Below are positions 10,575-18,300 of a DNA stretch of 64,000 bases, piece by piece. Positions within the stretch are counted from its first letter, which is position 1, and every line of letters starts with the position of its first letter. Below the pieces are notes generated by a model. That model had not been told where the DNA came from and did no database searches. It worked only from the letters and a program-made list of their open reading frames with translations. The position numbers were made by a program, and so were the translations under genes. The stretch covers positions 2,208,001 through 2,272,000 of the forward strand of contig CAWGMQ010000010.1 in assembly GCA_963823665.1 (NCBI GenBank), written 5' to 3'. Source of the stretch: an uncultured Planctomycetota bacterium (GTDB taxonomy: Bacteria > Planctomycetota > Planctomycetia > Isosphaerales > Isosphaeraceae).

Positions 10575-11552
10575 TCACCCCACCGGCCCATTCTCCACAG
10601 TTGCTCTTGGCACGTCCGGAATATGGAGCTGTTGCCGCGCCGCAGCGACTCCAATCAACCCGCCCAGGTTCATCGAGTCGACCATGCTGCTGGGCACCAC
10701 CATGAGCGCACCTTTTTCCTTGAGCCCTTCGTAAAGGATGTTCATCGCCCGGAGCTGAAGCGCCGTCGGGTTCTTCACATACGATTCGGCGGCGTTCGAG
10801 AAGAGGTGGGCGATCTCCACTTCGGCCTGCCCGAGTATGATCCGCGCTTCTTTCTCGCGCGCGGCCTGCGCCTCGCGCGACATCGCGTCCTGAAGTGATT
10901 CGGGAATAATGACGTCGCGCATTTCCACCGAATGGACGGTGACGCCCCACGGAGTCGACCGCTCGTCGATCAGCTTCTGGAGCTGAGCCTCGATCTGTTC
11001 CCGACCGCGCAGCAGGGTCGTCAGCGGCGTCCGCCCGATGATATCTCGCAGGGCAGTCTGGGCGGCCCAGCTCACGGCCAGCTTGTAATCCTGCACCTCG
11101 AGAGCGGCCTTCTCGGGGTCGTATACCATCCAGAAAAGGACCGCGTCGACGTTCACGGGCACGGTGTCGCTCGTCAGTGTTTGCTCGGCAGCGAAGCTGG
11201 TCGTGATCGTGCGCTGATCGATCCACGACGAGACCTGATCGATTCCAGGAATGACCCAGAAGAACCCCGGCCCGCGGAGTCCAACATATCGCCCCAGCCG
11301 TAGCACAATGGCTCGCTCCCACTGCTGGGCCACCTTGGGTGCCAGCGACGCGATGATGCCGATTACCACGCCTGCGACGACAGCGACCGGAGCGTTCCTT
11401 ACAATTCCCACGCCCATTCCTACCCCGAAGCAGATCAGGAACAGCAGTGCCGAGATGACGTTCACGTGCGGCGGTGTCGCTTGCGCCTGCTTGGCCTTCC
11501 TCTCCTCGCTGGCGTTCTTCAAAGATTCCGATGCGGCCTTCACTTCAGCCAT
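10575..11552 (-). CDS. SPFH/band-7 (stomatin/slipin) family membrane protein
   Basis: QWERAIVLRLGR..GPGFFWVIP, AQTALRDIIG, WGVTVHSVEMRDV, AMSREAQAAREKEARII, ALQLR. Likely ATG at 11552, overlapping the GntR stop. Confidence 0.92.
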   Translation of the reverse strand: MAEVKAASESLKNASEERKAKQAQATPPHVNVISALLFLICFGVGMGVGIVRNAPVAVVAGVVIGIIASLAPKVAQQWERAIVLRLGRYVGLRGPGFFWVIPGIDQVSSWIDQRTITTSFAAEQTLTSDTVPVNVDAVLFWMVYDPEKAALEVQDYKLAVSWAAQTALRDIIGRTPLTTLLRGREQIEAQLQKLIDERSTPWGVTVHSVEMRDVIIPESLQDAMSREAQAAREKEARIILGQAEVEIAHLFSNAAESYVKNPTALQLRAMNILYEGLKEKGALMVVPSSMVDSMNLGGLIGVAAARQQLHIPDVPRATVENGPVG

Positions 11553-11940
11553 GGAATTTCTCCCGTCTTCGTTGCCTTGATCGAGTGTTGATAACTTCAA
11601 TCGCTTGCTGCTGCGTGAACCCTAAAACCACGGATTTGTCGAGAAACTCATCCGCCAGCGCCGCAAGCTGCCGCTGGCGCTCGGAAAGCGAAAGCGCCTC
11701 GTTCTCGCCGTCCTGAATGAACGTGCCGACGCCTCGCTGAGTTTGCACGACCCCCGCCCGCTCCAGCTCGGCGTAAACCTTGGCCACCGTATTCGCGTTG
11801 ATTCGCAGATCGACCGCAAGCTGCCGCACCGTGGGCAACTGATCCCCCCGCCGCAGCTTCCCCGTCGCCACCGCCAGCCGTATCGCCCGGTCAAGCTGTG
11901 CGTAAATCGGCAACGGGTCGGAATGGTCGATCGCGAACAT
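11545..11940 (-). CDS. GntR family transcriptional regulator, YtrA subfamily
   Basis: PIYAQL..G.L..GDQLPTVRQLAVDLRINANTVAKVYAELERAGVV..RGVGTF, with a short C-terminal helical domain (131 aa). Confidence 0.93.
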   Translation of the reverse strand: MFAIDHSDPLPIYAQLDRAIRLAVATGKLRRGDQLPTVRQLAVDLRINANTVAKVYAELERAGVVQTQRGVGTFIQDGENEALSLSERQRQLAALADEFLDKSVVLGFTQQQAIEVINTRSRQRRREKFHG

Positions 11941-11949
11941 GAGCCACCG

Positions 11950-11977
11950 TGTCCTATTGTTCTAGGAGAATAGTACA
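11950..11977. promoter_or_regulatory. Palindromic operator, probable YtrA-type GntR autoregulatory site
   Basis: TGTCCTATT-GTTCTAGGAG-AATAGTACA: 9-bp arms with one mismatch and a central CTAG. It overlaps the -10 box and transcription start. Confidence 0.75.
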
Positions 11978-11998
11978 ACTCGGATCGGGTCATGTCAA
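11970..11998 (-). promoter_or_regulatory. sigma70-type promoter of the GntR-SPFH operon
   Basis: Minus strand reads TTGACA (11998-11993), 17 nt, TACTAT (11975-11970), about 30 nt upstream of ATG 11940. Confidence 0.85.
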
Positions 11999-12285
11999 GG
12001 GGGAGATCCCCCGGCGGGCCAGCAGGCGTAGTCTGGCGGGTAGACTTCAGCGGCGACGGCAAACTGCTGGCCTCGTGCTCCAGCGACAAGACCATCTGCC
12101 TTTGGGAGGCCCGAACCCAGGAGCGGCTCGCGGTCATCCGGCTGGGGAGTGTTGTCTACGGCTTGGCGTTCAGCCCTAACGGCATGCGGCTGGCCGCCGC
12201 TTGCCGCGACAACACCGACCGCCTAGTCGACGTCGCCGGCCGTCAGGAAGTCGCCGAGCTGCGTGGCCACAATCAATCGTCTTGA
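11992..12285 (+). pseudogene. WD40-repeat gene fragment
   Basis: VWRVDFSGDGKLLASCSSDKTICLWE, VYGLAFSPNGMRLAAACRDNTDRLVDV..ELRGH. About two blades only, with no credible start, truncated just after a GH dipeptide. Confidence 0.75.
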
Positions 12286-12686
12286 TCCGTCGTTTCCCAT
12301 CTGGTTTGTCTTCAACCATCAACGTGAGGCTCGCTTGATCGCCGGCCTTGCAGCGCTCGATATCTCCCGAGCGTCCGATCGAAATGACTGGGGCTCCTGG
12401 CCCGAACCAGTCCAATTTCGTGTCGATCCGATTAGCTTTCCAGAATGCTCTAAGCTCTACCTCATTGCGCACGGATACCTAGGTCTCGTCCAAGAGTCTT
12501 TATCACCGAGCCAAATACCGTGAATGTCGCGCCCGGCGGTGGAGTGCGTTGCTTCGCCTCGTTCGAGCCAGCCGATTTCTGCGACGCAGGCGAAACCGGA
12601 GCGGTGCCATCAGGATGAGCGAACTCTATTTCGAGTCCCAATACCTTAATGCCGCGTATCCGCATCCTGCGAAGCCACGAAAACAT
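12176..12686 (-). CDS. Hypothetical protein, apparently frameshifted at about 12470
   Basis: Two abutting minus-strand ORFs (12462..12686 and 12176..12472) read as one continuous protein-like sequence. The 3' end collides with the WD40 fragment. Confidence 0.4.
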
Positions 12687-12809
12687 AATTCCTCGTCGTG
12701 CTGATTCCCATTTAGTCGCACCGTCCCTAATTATCGTCCATACGCGGTTCGGTCGCTAGACCCTGCCAAGTCAGTTGCGCATGCGCTTCCGATCGACTAT
12801 CCTTGTCGA

Positions 12810-13241
12810 ATGATTGAAAAACCACCCGCAAACCCAGCGCACCATGCCGAGGACTTCAGCCGCCGCTACGCCGACCGACTCGAAGAGTATTGCAGCATTC
12901 GCATGCAAGAGCTTGGCCTTCCTGACGACAAGATCGGCTCGGCACCACTTACCAGGCCGGGAATCTGGCGTGCGTTCGACCCAGAGGAAGGGACTGGCGG
13001 TACGATTGAGCGCGGGATCGTCGTCAATTCCGGCTGCCTGAATCCTGACTTGATGAAGGGGAAGAAGGGCAGTCGGATTTGAACGAAGGCTAAGTTGCGG
13101 GACCGCATCGACTCGATCATCGCTCACGAGTATGAGGAGGACCGCACAGGGTCACACGAGGCCGCAGTAAAGGAGTCCCCCAGGACGAATCTGCTGATTA
13201 CAGAAGGTGCGAGAAGGATCTGTCGGGCGATGGCGAGGTAG
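12810..13241 (+). pseudogene. Small hypothetical gene with an in-frame TGA; HExxE..H motif
   Basis: The frame continues past TGA 13080-13082 (probably a former TGG): TKAKLRDRIDSIIAHEYEEDRTGSHEAAVKESPRTNLLITEGARRICRAMAR, to TAG 13241. Confidence 0.65.
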
Positions 13242-13308
13242 GCTGCGAGGCTGCACGCGCCGCCCGTCGGACATTCTTACTAGTTGTTCGAAGGTTTCGA
13301 TCATCGTA

Positions 13309-13755
13309 TCATCCCGCTTCCTTAGCGCAAGCCAGAAGTTCGAATCGAAGTTTATGACCCCAATACGTCCACCGATACATCGATTCATCGCCCTCGGCGA
13401 AGGAGTGGCCGAGCATGATGATCCTGGCCACCATCAGTTCCCGGAACGCCGGTCTATTCTGCAGTGTTACCTCAACTCGGCCAGCAATAATCTGCCTCAG
13501 CAACTCTCTGGCGGCGGGTGATAGGTTTCTCGCGTCCGGCGGCTCAAACCGTTCGCGTTCAATATGTTCCTCGGCCTCGGCTATGTATTCCTCACGCCGT
13601 GCCCAACCATCCTCCGTGAATTTGAAGTCTTCGCCGTCAGGCACCATGATGCCGGCAGCGACCAACTCGCGGTAGGCGTCCCGGCGAGGGTGCGTGATCG
13701 GCCAGTTATTTGCTCGGAAGCGAAGGACGAGTAGGGCACAGGCGGAGAGTTGCAT
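13309..13755 (-). CDS. Hypothetical protein with two internal (A(Y/F)REL) repeats, winged-helix-like
   Basis: ATG 13755 preceded by GAGGA; MQLSACAL..RDAYRELVAAGIM..FTEDG and NLSPAAREL..RPAFRELMVARII..WTYWG. Confidence 0.6.
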   Translation of the reverse strand: MQLSACALLVLRFRANNWPITHPRRDAYRELVAAGIMVPDGEDFKFTEDGWARREEYIAEAEEHIERERFEPPDARNLSPAARELLRQIIAGRVEVTLQNRPAFRELMVARIIMLGHSFAEGDESMYRWTYWGHKLRFELLACAKEAG

Positions 13756-14080
13756 CGTGTCCTCGTTGGATGTGTACGGGGCCGCGCCGACCGAGACGAT
13801 CCCGAGTCGCGCGAGAACGTTTAAAGTGGGGTTGATAGCCATCCCGAGCAGCCTGTCGGCCGCTTTCAGCAGCGCGACCGCCTCGGGAGTCGTCAGCACG
13901 CGGAGGTCCCGATGAGTTCGTTGAGACTGAAGCGCTTGATTCCGAGGGGATGAACGAGGACGAGACTCGCCTGGAACGACCCGTAGCTCTGCAGAAGTAC
14001 GACATCACGATCAAGCCGAGAATCACATCACCCCTCCGAAACTCGCTCCGGCTGGATGCCTGATTCGCAACTCGACAGGT

Positions 14081-14809
14081 TCATGCCAACCGAGCCTTGC
14101 AACAGCGGACTCGGCGTACTCCGACGACAACCGAGAGCATCAGCATGCCGGTCAGGCCGGAGATAATCGAGGATGGCTCGGGAACGGAGGATCCGGCCGT
14201 GTTGATAATCACGTCGGAGATCGTGACCGTGGATGAACTGGATGGATCTGTGCCTCCGATAAGACGGAAGAAAACCTCTGCTGTCTGGCCATCCAGGTTC
14301 AGGGCGGAGAGGTCGACGGAGATCAGGGCAAGCGATCCCGGCGAGCTCGAGACGGTGACCCCGTTCCCGGCGAGTCCCTGCGTCACGCCATCCACCACAT
14401 CCCGGGTGTAGAAAGAGTCGGTGGTCGGATCGACCGTCGGCACGAGCGAGGCCAGCGTGTTCGGGTTCAGCAACGAGGCCCCGAACGCATCGGGCAGGTA
14501 GCCATTGGCGTTGTTGTCCGCGACGGTGGAGTCGGCGAAGACCGAATTGAGCGTGAATTGCAGGCTCTGGGCGCCGGTCGGGACGGTGAAATTCATGAAC
14601 AGATCCGTCTCCGCCGCGAAGGTGCTCTCGGCGATGGTCGCCAGGCCGCCACTGGCGGTCACCGTGCCGGAGTCACCGGCGGTGCTCCAGCCCGTCAACC
14701 CGTTTGGAAAGCCGAGGACCTGGCCGGCGCGGGCAGGGGAGCCGATCATGAGCAGAGCCAGGAAGGCGAGCAATGGGATGAGAAGTGGTCTGTCCTTGGG
14801 AGATCTCAT
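14081..14809 (-). CDS. PEP-CTERM sorting-domain surface protein
   Basis: Signal peptide ending in ARA; C-terminal VPEPSS, then a hydrophobic helix and basic tail (RRVR). Confidence 0.9.
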   Translation of the reverse strand: MRSPKDRPLLIPLLAFLALLMIGSPARAGQVLGFPNGLTGWSTAGDSGTVTASGGLATIAESTFAAETDLFMNFTVPTGAQSLQFTLNSVFADSTVADNNANGYLPDAFGASLLNPNTLASLVPTVDPTTDSFYTRDVVDGVTQGLAGNGVTVSSSPGSLALISVDLSALNLDGQTAEVFFRLIGGTDPSSSSTVTISDVIINTAGSSVPEPSSIISGLTGMLMLSVVVGVRRVRCCKARLA

Positions 14810-15376
14810 GGTTCGACCCCTGTTCGAAATGATTCAAATTGCCGTGGTGTTGATCGGACGGACCGACTCAGGAATAACAACGGGACAAACCGCGCACAAC
14901 CCGCCTCGACTCGGAATAGGACGCGGTCTCACGCCCTCGTGAAACTTTGATTTCGTCGATGGAGAATAGCTGGTCGGGCATAACGGAGCAATGTGCTCGA
15001 TCGTCTTCCAGAGTGGTTCGTCCAATTTCGCGGCATTGAGGCCCCCGATCGTGGGTCGATTGTTGATTTTGGGAAACAATATGCTCGCTCTCTGACCTTT
15101 GTGGATGACAGAGCGGAAGTCGCTCCTTCGATGTTCGTCGTTTTGCTCGAGCTGTCGGCAGTGAGCGAAGCGCCCCAAGCTGTAATCGACCAGGTGTGGG
15201 ATTCTCGTTACGCTGCCAAGGTCCGGAACAGATCAAGCGGCGACGTGAATCGGAATTCCTCAGACGACGCAAGACACCAACTATGATCACGTCGTTAATG
15301 GACTGTCGGCCATCACGCGAAAGAGTCGCCACGCCGTTTGCCGATTTCTCTCGGTTTATACCAGTGCGTAACTCGA

Positions 15377-18300
15377 CTATTGGTCCGCGAAAGGGTCGTC
15401 GAGGTAGACGTAGAGCCCCGACCCATCTGGCTTTCTCGTCGCGGAGGGAGGAACCTCTGGGAAGAGCTCCATCGCTGCGTTGGCGGTGTATGTAAGGCCA
15501 CGATCGAATGCGGCCTTTGCGATATCGTATGTAACGCCGGCCGCTGCTTCGCCGAACTTCCCGCCGAAATGGTTCCCAGCGACGGCCAGGGTGCCGCCAA
15601 GACCGAGACCCACAACAGCTGCTCCGGGGAATCCGCCGCCAAGCGGCTCGAAGAATTCGCCTGCCGCAAACCCAGCGGGAACTCCGATTGCCAGGCCAAC
15701 CGTCCCACCGATTTCAGCTCCAACTGTTCCGAACACCTCCGACCCCAGCGTTTGGAACGCGGCCCTGACTGAATCATCTGGATTTTTTTCGAGAGAATCT
15801 TCAAACGTCAGTACACGACCCAGCCAACCGAGCGCTGGCGCCTCCGCGGTGCCAATCGCTTTATGGAGGAACTGCACCGAACTGTCGATCGCCCCCACGA
15901 CATCATCCGAAGTGACCGAAGAATTCGAGTCCCGCAGGCCGCTCGGGTCGATTCTAACAGTCGGCGAGTTTCCGGCGTACCGGTACAGATTGACGTCGCC
16001 AGCGGAGAGCCCTGATGGATCCTGACTGATAAACCGACCCACAGCAGGATCGTAGTACCGCGCCCTGTAGTAATCGAGCCCGGTCCCCGGGTCAGTCTCG
16101 CGGCCTGTGTACGTGAACCTCGGTTGGAGGCTCGGGTTGGTCTGGCTGATGATCTGCCCGAAGCTGCTGTAGACCAAGTGATCCTGGACCACGCCGTTGG
16201 AATCGACGACGTCTTTGATCGTGCCCTGGTAGTCGCCGAGGTCCCAGAAGATCTGCCCCATCGCGTTCTCGTCGGCAAGGACCTCGTCGACGGCTGGCCC
16301 GTAGAGGTAGCGATCGGTCTGGTTGCCGGAGCCGTCGAAAACCAGGTCGATCTGGCCTCGGTCGTAGACGAACCGCTCGACCACGGGCGGGGCCGGGCCC
16401 GATCCGTCCGAGTCGTACGACGTGCCGATGCGGTTGTCGAAGACGTCGTAGGTGTACTGCGACTCCTGGATCACTGTGCCGCTAGCGTCCTTGACGATCA
16501 CGGCAGTCAGCCGGTTGCGGTTGTCGTACTGGTAATCCGTGACCGTGCCCGTCGCGATGTCGGTTTGGCTGATCCGGTTCCCGTCCGCGTCGTAGGTGTA
16601 GTTGTAGGTGCCGTCGGAGAGCAACTCGTTGTCCGGGCCGGTCACGTAGCCGGAATTGGTCCGATTGCCGTTGGCGTCGTAGGAATAGCTCTCGTTGGGC
16701 TGGGAGGAATTCACGGCGCCCGTGAGCTGGCCGGTCGCATCATAGCTGTAGGTTGTCGTGCCGTCGTCGGAGACTTCCTGGGTGATCTGACCGGCGGGGT
16801 CCAGGGTCAATTGGTACTGTGCCAAGACGGTCCCCGCATGGTCATGGGTCAGAGAATCGAGGCGTCCGGCCTGGTCGTAGCCATAGGTCGAGCTGACGAC
16901 GGGGTCGGTGCCGTTCAGGTTGGCGTAGCGCTCGATGGTTGCAGTTTGCCCGTCCGCGTTGTACGTAAAATCAACCCGCTTGGCGGCAACACCTGCGCCG
17001 CTCTGCTGGATCGAAAGCATATCGTTCAGGCCGTCGTACTGGTAGGACGTCACGGCGCCTGGCTGCCCATTGATCGTCTCGCTGACCGAGGCGACGTTCC
17101 CGGCCGGGTCATAAGCGTAGGTCAGGATAACCCGCGGGACGCCAGGTGTTCCCCCGTTGTCGATCGAGATGGTGTTGCCGTCGGCGTCGTAGGTGTAGGT
17201 GTAAGCAGAGTAGTTGTCAGCAACGCTGGTCAGCTCACCGTCCGCGTCATAGTGATAATTAATCGTGTTGACCAGGTTCCCGCTTGCGTCGTACCACTTC
17301 TCCTGGGTCTCCCGATCGAGTGCGTCGTAGAAGAAATTGGTTACACGGCCATCGCCATCGGTCTGGGAGATCAAATTGCCTGCCGCATCGTACGAATAGG
17401 ACTCGGTCGCGTTCAACGCGTTGGTCTCGGTCAGCAACTCGTTGTCGGCGTCGTAGGTGTACGTCGTGGCATTGCCCGCCGGATCGACGACCTTCGTCAC
17501 GTTGCCATCGGCGTCATAGGCGGTCGTCGTGGTGTCGCCTAGCGGGTCGGTGACGGATATCTGGCGGTTATCGGCGTCGTAGGTGTAGGTCGTGGTGTGA
17601 CCGTCGGGGTCGGTCGTGCTGGTTACGTTGCCGTCGGCATCGTAGGTCGTCGTCGTGGTGTCACCTAGCGCGTCAGTCACCTGCGTTTGCCGGTTGTCGG
17701 CGTCGTAGGCGTATGTTGTGGTGATGCCAAGCGGGTCGGTGGTGCTCGCCACGTTTCCGGCGGTGTCATAGACCGTCGTCGTGATTCCACCCAGGGGATC
17801 GATCGTCTCGACCGGGCGATCGAGGGCGTCGTACGTGTAGGTCGTGGTATGCCCATCGGGATCCGTCGTGCTGGTCACGTTGCCGTCGGCATCGTAGGTC
17901 GTGGTCGTGACGTTACCGAGGGGATCGATCGTCTTGACCAGGCGATTGAGAGCGTCGTACACGTTGGTTGCCGTGCGGCCGAGGGGGTCCGTCGTGCTCG
18001 TCACGTTGCCGTCGGCATCGTAAACGGTGGTGGTGACCCCGCCCGTCGCGTCGGTGACCTTGATCAGCCGGTTATCGGCATCGTAGGCGTAGCTCGTGGT
18101 GTGGCCGAGGGCATCCGTCATGGTCAGCACATTGCCGGCCGCATCGTACGTGTAGCGCGTAACTTCACCGAGGGGGTCGGTCTCGGTCAATTCCCGCCCA
18201 TACTGATCGTAGGTGTAGGTCGTGGTGTTCCCGAGCTTATCGGTCTCGGATGCAATCTCGCCCAGGTTCGTGTAGGTGTAAGTCCACGTGGCGCCGGTGG

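Noticed and set aside
13800..13930. Possible tyrosine-recombinase fragment (LRVLTTPEAVALLKAA)
   Set aside because: Too short, and no catalytic R-H-R-Y motifs follow.
14834..15332. ORFs 14868..15332, 14834..15178 and 14993..15286 as RHS immunity proteins
   Set aside because: No clear RBS, low-complexity R/S-rich or non-protein-like translations, and no TM or lipoprotein signal.
15300..15350. c-di-GMP-I riboswitch-like GGCAAAC on the minus strand
   Set aside because: Lacks the GNRA-capped second stem and the downstream GCAAAG elements.
17400..18260. CRISPR-like regularly spaced repeats
   Set aside because: These are coding YD repeats with codon-level variation; there are no unique spacers and no cas genes.
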